Below, piece by piece: positions 8,575 through 17,396 of a DNA stretch of 40,338 bases. The position numbers and the translations under genes were made by a program. Numbering within the stretch: the stretch's first letter is position 1; every line of letters begins with the position of its first letter. The DNA is from Trebonia sp. (GTDB taxonomy: Bacteria; Actinomycetota; Actinomycetes; Streptosporangiales; Streptosporangiaceae): the NCBI GenBank assembly GCA_036271115.1, contig DATBBI010000502.1, positions 1 through 40,338 on the forward strand, read 5' to 3'. A model generated the notes under the pieces. The model searched no databases and was not told where the DNA came from. It was given only the letters and a program-made list of their open reading frames with translations.

Positions 8575-9788
8575 TGCCATTCGGCGAAATCTACATCCCG
8601 CTCTACGTCGGCTTCGGCCGCGACCCGAAGGTGCGGCGCCTCGTGCAGGCGTCCGGTAGCGAGGGGATGGCAGCGGCCTATCTGTACCTCATGATGGCCT
8701 GCTACTGCCGCGAGGAACTGACCGACGGATTCGTGCCAACTGAGCAACTAGGAGCACTTGCATACCCAGTCGGCATCAGAACCGCACGGCGTCTTGCCGA
8801 CCTTCTTCAAGACGAAAAGCTGATCCGGCCACGCGTGTCATCAGACGGTACGGGCTGGACTGTTCCCGCGTACGTCAAGCGGAACGGCACCCGCGCCGAC
8901 GCGGAAAAGCGCGCGGACCAGGCGCGGAGCGCGGCGCGGCAGCGCTGGAACTCCAGCGGTCCGCGTAGCGATCCGCATGCGCATGGCAGTGCGTCGGGCA
9001 CTGCGGGTCGCACTACGGGCCGCAATGCGACGGGCAATGCAGGTCGCAGTGCGACGGGCAATGCTAAGTCAGAGACAGAGTCAGAGTCAGAGTCAAAAGA
9101 GTCGTCGGCCGGGGTTGTCGACTCGCGCGCGCCCGCACGTGGGCGCGCGCGCGACCCGGACGACGACCGGATTTCGAGTAATTCGAACAACCCGGACGAC
9201 GACGACGAACTTGACCAGCGGATCGTGATCATGCTCGCCGCGCACGGCTTCACGGTGAACCGGCAGCAGGCCCGAGGGGTCCGGCTGCGCATCATCGGCG
9301 GGCGGAAGATCGACAACGCGGCCCGGTACGTCTCGGCGGCGCTGGCGACCCGTGACGGGGCGCGCAAGTGGGCGCCGTCGGCGCCGAGCATGCCGCCCCG
9401 CGGGCTGGACCCGGTGACGGCGATCCGGTCGGCGGGCCTGCGCGGCTCCGGCGGGTACGAGTCCGTCGGCGACGCGCCGATGCCGCCGTGGGACCAGCCC
9501 CGGCCGGTGCAGGACACGCTCGATGACGACGTGGCGGCCGACGTGGCGCACCGTGGCGCGGCGGAGGCCCGCAAGCGGCTCGCCGAGCGGCCCCGCGCCG
9601 AGGCGGTCCCGGTGGCGCCGCCGTCGCGTCAGCTGCACGGCGAGGCCCTCGCGGCGGCCCAGCTCGCCGAGGCCCGTGAGGCGCTGGCGGCGGCGGGCGT
9701 GGCCGAGGCTCCGGACGACGGCGAGGAAGACCCGAGGGACATCACCGACGTTGACCTGCCCGAAGACGGCGACGATCCGCCGTTCTGA
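8571..9788 (+). CDS. replication initiator protein (RepA / lambda O-like organisation)
   Basis: N-terminal DPKV...YC.EELTDGFVP winged-helix-like domain, central low-complexity linker with DNA repeats, C-terminal DPPF. Confidence 0.7.
   Translation: MMPFGEIYIPLYVGFGRDPKVRRLVQASGSEGMAAAYLYLMMACYCREELTDGFVPTEQLGALAYPVGIRTARRLADLLQDEKLIRPRVSSDGTGWTVPAYVKRNGTRADAEKRADQARSAARQRWNSSGPRSDPHAHGSASGTAGRTTGRNATGNAGRSATGNAKSETESESESKESSAGVVDSRAPARGRARDPDDDRISSNSNNPDDDDELDQRIVIMLAAHGFTVNRQQARGVRLRIIGGRKIDNAARYVSAALATRDGARKWAPSAPSMPPRGLDPVTAIRSAGLRGSGGYESVGDAPMPPWDQPRPVQDTLDDDVAADVAHRGAAEARKRLAERPRAEAVPVAPPSRQLHGEALAAAQLAEAREALAAAGVAEAPDDGEEDPRDITDVDLPEDGDDPPF
8986..9103. repeat. iteron-like origin repeats inside the initiator gene
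   Basis: Seven tandem 12-bp units with a GCANTGC core (8986-9069), then CAGAGW hexamer repeats. Confidence 0.7.
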
Positions 9789-9853
9789 GCGCTAGGGTCT
9801 TGCCGGGGGCACGCCTCGGCGTGCAGAATGCGACCGGGGGACGGTGACCGCCG

Positions 9854-10216
9854 ATGGAGGCGAACGATGGCCGCGAAACGACACTCGGCGCAGAGCCAGG
9901 CCAGGCATCAGCCGCGCACGGGGTCGGGCCGGTTCACGGAGACTCCGGTTCGGCACCGGGCCGCCGTCCCGCCGAGCGCGCCGGGGCTCGTGCCGCCGGG
10001 CCGGATGGCACCCCCGGCGTCACCCTCGGCCCCCTCGGCGCCTTCGCCGCCGACGTCACGGACGGCCTCGCCACGGGCTTCGAAGCCATCGGCGACTTCA
10101 TCCTCGGGCCGGGCTGGACGCGGTGGCGGGTAATCGGCGTCCTGCTCGTGCTGCTGGCCGCGATCCTGCTTGCCGGGCCGCTGTGGTGGCTGCTCGCGGT
10201 GCGGCTGACGCCGTAG
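9854..10216 (+). CDS. membrane protein (possible holin or virion membrane protein)
   Basis: C-terminal hydrophobic stretch VIGVLLVLLAAILLAGPLWWLLAV; TTGCCG-N18-CAGAAT promoter-like site at 9800-9829. Confidence 0.6.
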   Translation: MEANDGRETTLGAEPGQASAAHGVGPVHGDSGSAPGRRPAERAGARAAGPDGTPGVTLGPLGAFAADVTDGLATGFEAIGDFILGPGWTRWRVIGVLLVLLAAILLAGPLWWLLAVRLTP

Positions 10217-10220
10217 CGCG

Positions 10221-12524
10221 GTGACCGTCCTCGCGGCGCCGGCCCCGGTCCCGCTGCCGCCGTACATCCTGACGGGCCTGGTGCTCGGCCGCTCCATCGT
10301 GGTGGGCGTCGACACGGCGGGGGACGCCGACACGGCGCCGGATGCCCGGTTCCCGGCCGGGTCACAGCTGGCTTTCACGCCGAGCGTCGACACGCTGATC
10401 TTCACCGCGCAGCACGACACGGTCTACCTGGCGGCGGTCGGCGCGGTGATCGACGGCGGCGGCAACCCGGTGACCCCGGACGGCGATCCGCTGTACCTGG
10501 TGGCGAACACCGGGCAGCCGGGCACCGACCAGGCGTGGTGGTGGACGTGCAAGCCGACGATCGAGGGGGCGACGCGCACCGCGTTCCGCGTCGACGTCCC
10601 GGCGGGCGGCACGGTGTACCTGACCGACCAGCAGCCCATTCCGTCGACCCCGGCGGGCGCCACGGTGGTGCGCGGCCCGCAGGGCGACCCTGGCGTGAAC
10701 ACGCCGCCGCCGGGCACGCCGGACGGCGCGGTCGCAACGTCGGCGGGCGGCCTGGTGAGCTGGGCGGGCGGCGCGGGCGGCGTGCAGAGCGCGGTGTCGG
10801 CGATGGCGGCGCGCTCGGCGGGCTTCATCGCCAGCCAGGCGGGGCCGCTGGCGGTGCCCACCTCGGCGTCGTGGCTGCGGCCCGATAGCGACTGGCAGGC
10901 GTCCTACACCGGGCCGGTGGCCGGCGCTTACGCGCTGGTGCTGGGCACAGACGAGCCGTCGGCGCCGTGCCCGGTGACGGTGGCCAACCCGGTCGGGGCG
11001 CTGCCCGACTCGTTCCGGGGCACGGTGTTCGGCGGCCTGGCGATCGCGCCGCGCGCCGGGCTCGTCGTGCAGGCGTACAAGCTGACCGACGTGTTCTACC
11101 CGTTCATCGCGCCGCAGCCGGTGGACGCCGGGACGGGCACGTGGGCGGTTGACCTGTCGTCGGTGGCGCCCGACCAGGCGGGTCAGTGGTTCTTCGGCCT
11201 GCTGGACACCGCGAACGGCAATGCGCAGGTGGGCGAGAAGTGGCCGAGCGCGGCGGCGTTCGCCGACGTCGCGGCCGAGCATTACGTGGTGACCGATGCG
11301 GTCTACCCGGTGTCGTCGCAGACCGCGACGGCGGCCGGGCGGTTCTCGTTCACGCACTCGCTGGCGGGGCGCAAGGGCTACCGGCTGACGCGCCGCTCGA
11401 CCGGGGCGGTGCTGGCCGACGCGCCGCCGCTGTCCGGCGCGGTCCGCTCCTACCTGGTGGCGCCGGGGGAGCCTGGGTTCGGGTCGAATTTCGTCACCCA
11501 GTCCTACGCCTACGACCAGGCGCTGTGCCTGTTCGCGGCGATCGCCCGCGGCGACCGCGCGCAGGCCGGCCAGCTGGTGGCCGGGCTGCTGCGGTTCCAG
11601 ACGGCGGGCGGGGCGTCGGACGGCGGGTTCATCTTCTCGGGCCAGCAGCTCGCGCCGTCGCTCGGCGACCCCGCCTACCGCACCGGGTCGCACGCGATCT
11701 GCACCGACGCGCTGCTGGCCTACATCGGCGCGTTCTGCTCGGCCGAGTTCGCCGGGCAGGCCCCGGTGTACGCGCGCCGTTCGGTGCTGGCGGCGGCGGC
11801 GGGCCGCGCGCTGGCCTACCTGGGCACGATGATGTCGGCGGCGGGCACCACGGCGGGCCTGTACCTGGGCGGGACCGGCGTCTACGACTCGACCAGCGGC
11901 GGCCAGTTCGACCCGGCGCAAGACCTGACGTGGGCGTCGACCGAGCACAACCTGGACGCGTGGCACTGCCTGACGCGGGCCGCGCAGGTCCTCGGCGGCA
12001 CCTGGCAGCAGCAGGCGGACACGCTGGCGGCGGCGATCCACGGCACGCTGTGGGACGCGGTGAACGGCCGCTACTACCAGGGCATGAAAGACACCGGGCC
12101 GGACACCGCCGACCCGCTGGACTGCCACACGTGGGCGGCGATCATGGCGGCGCAGAGCGGCCACCCGGACCGTGCCGTGGCGATCACCGCCCCGGCGGTG
12201 CTGGCGCCCTACCGGCACGTGATGCACGGCGGGGCCGGGTACGCGCCGATCCGGCCGGCCGACCCGCAGTATCCCGGCTCGGTGCCGACGATCTGGGCCG
12301 AGGGCACCATGGCGGCGGCGCTGGCGTTCCTCGCCGTCGGCGACCAGGCCCGGTGGTACTCCACGATCACCGACATGCTGGCGATCCAGGCGCCGGACGG
12401 GTCGTTCCCCTACGTGACCGACACCTCGCCGTCCTACGACTGGACGCCGAGCAAGGCCGTGGTCGGCTGCGCGTGGTCGGTGCTGGCCGCTGCGGGCGGC
12501 GGCATCTGGGGCGTGGCGCCCTAG
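10221..12524 (+). CDS. minor-tail-type protein with C-terminal six-hairpin (alpha/alpha)6 glycosidase-like domain
   Basis: Actinophage minor-tail-like N-terminus ending in GPQGDPG; C-terminal YDQAL, STEHNLD, PLDCHTW, WAEGT and QAPDGSFPY motifs. Confidence 0.7.
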   Translation: MTVLAAPAPVPLPPYILTGLVLGRSIVVGVDTAGDADTAPDARFPAGSQLAFTPSVDTLIFTAQHDTVYLAAVGAVIDGGGNPVTPDGDPLYLVANTGQPGTDQAWWWTCKPTIEGATRTAFRVDVPAGGTVYLTDQQPIPSTPAGATVVRGPQGDPGVNTPPPGTPDGAVATSAGGLVSWAGGAGGVQSAVSAMAARSAGFIASQAGPLAVPTSASWLRPDSDWQASYTGPVAGAYALVLGTDEPSAPCPVTVANPVGALPDSFRGTVFGGLAIAPRAGLVVQAYKLTDVFYPFIAPQPVDAGTGTWAVDLSSVAPDQAGQWFFGLLDTANGNAQVGEKWPSAAAFADVAAEHYVVTDAVYPVSSQTATAAGRFSFTHSLAGRKGYRLTRRSTGAVLADAPPLSGAVRSYLVAPGEPGFGSNFVTQSYAYDQALCLFAAIARGDRAQAGQLVAGLLRFQTAGGASDGGFIFSGQQLAPSLGDPAYRTGSHAICTDALLAYIGAFCSAEFAGQAPVYARRSVLAAAAGRALAYLGTMMSAAGTTAGLYLGGTGVYDSTSGGQFDPAQDLTWASTEHNLDAWHCLTRAAQVLGGTWQQQADTLAAAIHGTLWDAVNGRYYQGMKDTGPDTADPLDCHTWAAIMAAQSGHPDRAVAITAPAVLAPYRHVMHGGAGYAPIRPADPQYPGSVPTIWAEGTMAAALAFLAVGDQARWYSTITDMLAIQAPDGSFPYVTDTSPSYDWTPSKAVVGCAWSVLAAAGGGIWGVAP

Positions 12525-12787
12525 CGGTCGGGCTTCGACGCCTCGTCCATCAGCGCGGACATGTGCCCCACGGTCATCCCGTCGTCGGCGAGCCGCTGGG
12601 CGCGCTCCTCGCCGAGCAGGTCGGCCAGGGCTTGCTCGACCAGGCCGTTGGAGAGCATCGTCATGATGGTGATGGGCCAGGACTGGACCGGCGGCAGCAC
12701 GTAGCCGAGGCCCCGGAAAGTGAACGTGAACGGGGCGCCGGGCTTGGCGGCGCCGTCGAGCTGGAACGGCTCGGCGGGCTCGCTCAT
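12521..12787 (-). CDS. orphan tail assembly chaperone paralog
   Basis: PFTFTFRGLGYVLP....WP aligns with PFRFTYKGVIYELP....WP of 27314..27676; ATGA-coupled to the upstream gene. Confidence 0.75.
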   Translation of the reverse strand: MSEPAEPFQLDGAAKPGAPFTFTFRGLGYVLPPVQSWPITIMTMLSNGLVEQALADLLGEERAQRLADDGMTVGHMSALMDEASKPDR

Positions 12788-13116
12788 GTCAGCCGCCCCC
12801 GGAACTGGCGCCACGTCTCCTGGCCTTCGGGGGACCGCGCCCATTCGTCGCCCTCGGCGCTGCTGGCGTCATGCTCGCCGTCCGCGACCGACTGGGCGAC
12901 GAGCAGCAGCGCCACGGCGTTGTCCGGGTCGCGCTTGGCGGCGCGGCGCAGCTCGGTGATGAGCGACAGCTCGGGCATGGCCAGCGGCGAGAGGTAGTCG
13001 TGGTAGTAGCCGCGTTCGGCGCGGCGCACGATGGAGCGCGGCGCCCCGGCGGCCTCCAGTGCGGCGGCCAGGACGCGGGCGGTGTGGCCCTCGGGGAGGG
13101 GCTCGTTTGCGATCAT
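12784..13116 (-). CDS. hypothetical phage protein
   Basis: AGGAG RBS; GYYHDYLSPLAMPE...DGEHDAS..E.DEWARSPEGQ. Confidence 0.75.
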   Translation of the reverse strand: MIANEPLPEGHTARVLAAALEAAGAPRSIVRRAERGYYHDYLSPLAMPELSLITELRRAAKRDPDNAVALLLVAQSVADGEHDASSAEGDEWARSPEGQETWRQFRGRLT

Positions 13117-13130
13117 CTCCGGTTCTCCTG

Positions 13131-13490
13131 TCACTGCATCCACGGCCAGACCTTGACCTGGCTCGGCTCGACCATTCCGGCCCGGTCGGTGCCGAACCGG
13201 AGGCAGGCGGCTGCCTCGGGCGCGTCGGGGTCCCAGATCTCGACTAGCCACACGCGGCCGGCCCGGTCGGCGTCCTCAGCGATCGCCTGGTGGCGCACGC
13301 CGATCTCCTCGACCAGCTCGGGCGAGCCGACCCATTCCTCGGCGGCGATCTTCCCGGCGACGTAGACCCGCATGCGGAGCTGGGCGCGGGTGAAGGCGTG
13401 GCAGTTGCCGCAGTAGCCGTTAGCGGCGTCGTCGGGGTGGTGGCTGGTGCGCTGGCACCGGGGGCAGGTGAACGGCGGCGCTGGTGGCAT
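13131..13490 (-). CDS. Zn-ribbon protein (CPRC...YCGNCH)
   Basis: Two CxxC motifs; probably leaderless, with GACACT 6 nt before the ATG. Confidence 0.7.
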   Translation of the reverse strand: MPPAPPFTCPRCQRTSHHPDDAANGYCGNCHAFTRAQLRMRVYVAGKIAAEEWVGSPELVEEIGVRHQAIAEDADRAGRVWLVEIWDPDAPEAAACLRFGTDRAGMVEPSQVKVWPWMQ

Positions 13491-13634
13491 GCTCCCAGTG
13501 TCGCCCCGCGGCCAGTAGGATTGCGACTGGTGGTGCGAATCGGGTAACCCTTTCGTGTCCGGGGCGCGGCGCGCGTGGTGGCAAGCCGCGCCCCACTCTT
13601 GCCGCTGGCGGCGGGCGCGGGGCACACTGGCGCC

Positions 13635-13949
13635 ATGCCGACCCGCGCGCCGAGCTCGTGCCGTCCGGGCTGCCCGTACCCGCGTCGGGGCTGCCCGGTT
13701 CACCCGCCCGCGCGCTGGGCCGAGGGGGCGCGCGGCCGCCGGATGCCGCCCGGTTGGCCAGCGACAAGAGCGCGCGTGCTGCACCGCGACGGGTACCGCT
13801 GCCGCCGCTGCGGGTCGCTGGCCAACGAGGTGCACCATGTCGAGCCGGGCAACGAGGACGAGGCCATGATGGTGTCGCTGTGCCCGGACTGCCACCTGGC
13901 GGTCACCCTGGCGCAGGCCGCGGCAGCGCGGGCACTGGCGCGTCCGTGA
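13635..13949 (+). CDS. HNH endonuclease (packaging-associated)
   Basis: W...RARVLHRDGYRCRRCG..ANEVHHV...SLCPDCH; upstream of the terminase genes. Confidence 0.85.
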   Translation: MPTRAPSSCRPGCPYPRRGCPVHPPARWAEGARGRRMPPGWPATRARVLHRDGYRCRRCGSLANEVHHVEPGNEDEAMMVSLCPDCHLAVTLAQAAAARALARP

Positions 13950-14539
13950 CCGCGCCCGCCGTCACGCCGCTCGGGCCGGTCACCGTCATGCCGCTGGCGA
14001 ACCTACGGCCGTACCCGAAGAACGCGCGCCGGATCAACGCCAAGGCCGTCGACCAGACCGCCAAGTCGATCAAGGCGTTCGGCTGGCAGCAGCCCATCGT
14101 CGCCGACCCGGACCTGGTGATCATCGCCGGGCACGTGCGCTGGCAGGCGGCCCGGCAGCTGTCCGAAACGGAGGTGCCGGTGGTGGTGGCGGCGAACCTG
14201 ACGCCCGAGCAGGTCAAGGCGTTCCGCATCGCGGACAACCGCACGCACGATTACACGATGTGGGACTACGCGCTGCTAGCGGCCGAGCTGGACGGCATCG
14301 GCGCCGAGTTCGAGGGGGTGCTGGACCTGGCCGACTGGCAGGAGATCATCGACGGCTACGCGGCCAGCCCGCCCGAAGGAGAGCCGCTGGATGACGACCC
14401 GGAGACGGCCGCGCTGCTGGGCGCCGGGTTCACCCTGACGCTGGTGTTCGCCAGCCGCCGGGAGGCCGAGGAGGCCGGGCCGGTCGTGCTGGCGAAGATT
14501 CCGGGGGTGCTCAATGTCCGCTACGGTCACAAGCACTGA
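13946..14539 (+). CDS. ParB/Srx-like nuclease domain protein
   Basis: LRPYPKNAR...SIKAFGWQQPIV..D.VIIAGHVRWQAA...AFRIADNR. Confidence 0.9.
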   Translation: MTAPAVTPLGPVTVMPLANLRPYPKNARRINAKAVDQTAKSIKAFGWQQPIVADPDLVIIAGHVRWQAARQLSETEVPVVVAANLTPEQVKAFRIADNRTHDYTMWDYALLAAELDGIGAEFEGVLDLADWQEIIDGYAASPPEGEPLDDDPETAALLGAGFTLTLVFASRREAEEAGPVVLAKIPGVLNVRYGHKH

Positions 14540-15530
14540 GGCCCTGGCGGGCATCCTGCCGTGCGTCGTCTCCGGCGGCCGGCCGAGCCTGGACGAGCGG
14601 CGCACCGCCCGGTGGCTCTCGGCCCTGCACGGCGTCACCGCCGACCCGGTATGGGTCGTGCGCGACGACGAGGCGGGGGCGTACGAGGACGACGGGCACG
14701 AGATCGCCGCCTACCCGCGCGCCTGGGCCGAGACCTGGGCGCGCGAGCACTGGACCGACGTCAAGCCGTACGAGGAGGGCGGGTTCCTCGGCGCGTTCCC
14801 CGGCCGGGAATGGGCCGCCCGGCTCGCCGAGCAGCGCGGCTACTGGGCCGTGCTCCAGCTGGACGACAACATCGTCCAGTTCTACGTGTCCACCGCCTAC
14901 GGGGTCGCGGCCCGCACCATGCACGAGCTGGGCGGCCTGGGGATGTACGCCGACATCATCGCCGCCGTGGCCCTGTCGACCAACGCGGCGATGTGCGGCG
15001 CCAACCTGGCGTCGGTCAACCCCGGCGGCGCCCGCATGGTCTTCGCCCGGCGCGGCTTCCCGTACTCGCTTTTCCTCGAGCGGACCGGCCCGCGCCGGAT
15101 GCCGTGGCACGGGCCGAGCGAAGACGACATCATCCAGGCGATCCAGTACGGCGCCAGCGCCGCGCCGGTCACCGCCGGGCTGATCCTGCCGCTGCGCTAC
15201 CAGAAGGACAACACCCGCTACGACGGCGGGCTGCGCCGCTGGTATGACGACAAGCGCAGCGTCGGCCTCCAGCGGATGCACCCGGAGGCGGCCAGGCTGG
15301 TGGTGCGCCGGGCGCGGTCCAACGGGCGCGGCGACCCGCGCGTGTTCCACGCGATGAGCCCCGACGCGATCCGCACGCCGCTCGTCGTGCTCGACCGGGT
15401 GCTGTTCAGCGCGGCCCGCGACAAGACCCTTGACGTCGCGCGGGCCACCGCCGCCGCCGTGCACGCCGACCTGCCCCGCCGCGTCGCCGAGCACGCCAAC
15501 AAGCACAAGGCGGCGCCGAATGGGGCGTAG
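14514..15530 (+). CDS. GT-A fold glycosyltransferase, GREB1/TAGT-like
   Basis: VVSGGRP, VVRDDEAGAY, G..REW, LQLDDNI, EDDI motifs; ParB neighbour. Confidence 0.65.
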   Translation: MSATVTSTEALAGILPCVVSGGRPSLDERRTARWLSALHGVTADPVWVVRDDEAGAYEDDGHEIAAYPRAWAETWAREHWTDVKPYEEGGFLGAFPGREWAARLAEQRGYWAVLQLDDNIVQFYVSTAYGVAARTMHELGGLGMYADIIAAVALSTNAAMCGANLASVNPGGARMVFARRGFPYSLFLERTGPRRMPWHGPSEDDIIQAIQYGASAAPVTAGLILPLRYQKDNTRYDGGLRRWYDDKRSVGLQRMHPEAARLVVRRARSNGRGDPRVFHAMSPDAIRTPLVVLDRVLFSAARDKTLDVARATAAAVHADLPRRVAEHANKHKAAPNGA

Positions 15531-15978
15531 AGGCCCCCAGCCGGTGCCGACCAACCTGCGGCTGCTGCGCGGCGAGTCCCGGCCGTCGCGGATCAACCGC
15601 CAGGAGCCCAAGCCGCGGGAACTGCTGCCCGAGCCCCCGGACTGGCTGAGCGCCTCCGCCGCCGAGGAATGGGCGCGGCTGGTGCCCGACCTGATCGTGA
15701 TGGGCACCGTCAAGGCGGCCGACGCCACGGCGCTGGCGTGCTACTGCGAGGCGGTCGCCCGGTTCCGCGTGGCGACCGAGATCGTCAGCCGGGCCGGGCT
15801 GATGCTGAAGGACCGCGACGGCATCGTGCGGAAGAACCCGGCGGTCGGCATGGCCCGCGACGCCGGGGCCGAGGTGCGCCAGTGGGCGCGCGAGTTCGGC
15901 CTGACCCCGGCCGCCCGCCAGCCGCTCCGCGTGGAGCACTCGACCGCGCCGGGCAGCGCCGAGCGCCTGCTGTCCTAG
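15520..15978 (+). CDS. terS: terminase small subunit, P27 family
   Basis: MGRRGPQPVPTNLRLLRG...PPDWLS..A.EEW...KNPAV...EFGLTPAAR. Confidence 0.92.
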   Translation: MGRRGPQPVPTNLRLLRGESRPSRINRQEPKPRELLPEPPDWLSASAAEEWARLVPDLIVMGTVKAADATALACYCEAVARFRVATEIVSRAGLMLKDRDGIVRKNPAVGMARDAGAEVRQWAREFGLTPAARQPLRVEHSTAPGSAERLLS

Positions 15979-15983
15979 CGCCG

Positions 15984-16056
15984 AATCGGCGGTTTCGGCG
16001 CATAATCGGCGATGAAATCGGCGCCCGGGCCGAATCGGCGTCGGCGCGGCTCGGCA
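15984..16056. repeat. AATCGGCG / TCGGCG direct-repeat cluster
   Basis: AATCGGCG at 15984, 16004, 16016 and 16033, plus further TCGGCG/TCGGCA copies. Confidence 0.6.
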
Positions 16057-16468
16057 CGACCCGGCTTTTCGGGCAAAACCTGGCCGGCATTGCGCGCGGA
16101 CGGGGACCGCCCGCGCCACTTCCGCCGACGAGGGGGTACCCCCCCACGTCGTCGCACGTCGGCCCTCCCTGGCGCCGAGGGCTGTCGGGGGTGTCCGTGC
16201 GGGTGCCTCGGCGCGGACGGCTCACGGGCTCGGCCACAGCTGGCGCCTAGTCGGCCGGGCACCATGGCCGTGATGTGACCATGCTCACCTCGCGTGAACG
16301 GGCACGCATCGCCGATCGCCTTGCCCGCAGTCGTTCGGTCACCGTGTGACATCACTCACCGTGCCCGTTACGAAAAAAGGTGCGGAAAAGCGGTCCAACC
16401 AGCGAAAACGCGACATAGTCTTATGGCGTAAGCACGGCACGGACACGGAACACGGGAGACACGGACAC

Positions 16469-16903
16469 ATGGCACGCACCACCACCACCACGCGTAAGAG
16501 CACGGCCGCCACCACCACCACCACACGTAAGGGGAACGCCACCATGGCCACCACCACCGCACGTAAGAGCACCACCACCACCGCGCGTAAGGGCACGGAA
16601 GTGGCCACGCGTAAGAGCACGGCCGCCGCGCCGGCCGCGCCTACGTCCTACCGTGGCGTGGCCGTGGCCGGCTACACGGTGCGGTGGCCCCATGGTGGCT
16701 ATGACCTCCTTAAGACCACGGACGCCACGGCGGAGCGTGCCGCGTGGCTAGTGCGGTGTAATGACCACGGCACCGTGGGCACCGTGGAGAACACGCGTGC
16801 CGGAGATGCGGCCGGTAGCCGCGCCGGCCGCGCCACGTGGTGCCCGGCATGTAAGCGCACGGCCGCCGCCGCCGCGCGTAGCGCCGCACGGCGCGCGGCG
16901 TAG
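16469..16903 (+). CDS. Thr/Arg/Lys-rich protein with C-terminal Zn-binding domain (WPHGGYDLL, CxxH...CxxC); alternative start at 16544
   Basis: About 39/69 identical to the C-terminus of 18751..19407; the GGGGAACGCCAYCATG leader at 16544 is shared with the next gene. Confidence 0.8.
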   Translation: MARTTTTTRKSTAATTTTTRKGNATMATTTARKSTTTTARKGTEVATRKSTAAAPAAPTSYRGVAVAGYTVRWPHGGYDLLKTTDATAERAAWLVRCNDHGTVGTVENTRAGDAAGSRAGRATWCPACKRTAAAAARSAARRAA

Positions 16904-16936
16904 GGCCGGGGCACGGTAGGGGAGGGGAACGCCATC

Positions 16937-17263
16937 ATGACTACGCCTAGCGGCCCGTGCGTGCGGTGTGAGGCATGCGCGGGGGGTAACCCGTGCGTGC
17001 ACACCGTGAGTGGTGGCGCCATCCCGTTCCGGGAAGTGGTGCGGGAAGTGCGGGAAGCGCTCACCCGTGCGGGCATCACCCGGCCGGGGATGAGTGAGCC
17101 GGCCGCCGCCCGCCTAGCGGCGGCGGCCGTGCGGGAGATGCCGGAGGAGCTGGAGCTGGCGGTAGATGACTACCGCCGCGCGGTCCGCACGCTCACCGTG
17201 GCCACGGAGGTACTTAACTCACTCTCCGCCATGGGCGCGGACATGACCGGTCTAGTGCCGTGA
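16937..17263 (+). CDS. hypothetical protein with N-terminal Cys cluster
   Basis: GGAGG RBS; CVRCEAC...CVH. Confidence 0.7.
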   Translation: MTTPSGPCVRCEACAGGNPCVHTVSGGAIPFREVVREVREALTRAGITRPGMSEPAAARLAAAAVREMPEELELAVDDYRRAVRTLTVATEVLNSLSAMGADMTGLVP

Positions 17264-17349
17264 AAGCGCGCGTCCTAGCCCTCATAGACCGTGCCCTAGT
17301 GGCGCTAACCGGAGGTGAGCTAGAGATCCCGCCGGATCTAGCCCGCTAG
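17260..17349 (+). CDS. 29-aa peptide MKARVLALIDRALVALTGGELEIPPDLAR (not in ORF track)
   Basis: GTGA overlap; ends just before a hairpin. Confidence 0.5.
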   Translation: MKARVLALIDRALVALTGGELEIPPDLAR

Positions 17350-17365
17350 CCCGCACCACCACCTA

Positions 17366-17396
17366 ATGCCCCGGCCGCACCACGCGGCCGGGGCAT
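17366..17396 (+). terminator. GC-rich hairpin terminator
   Basis: ATGCCCCGGCCGC-ACCAC-GCGGCCGGGGCAT perfect 13-bp stem. Confidence 0.6.

Noticed and set aside
13351-13381. RVYVAG(K/R) shared between 13131..13490 and 39708..40316
   Set aside because: Only about 7 residues match, with no extension; probably chance
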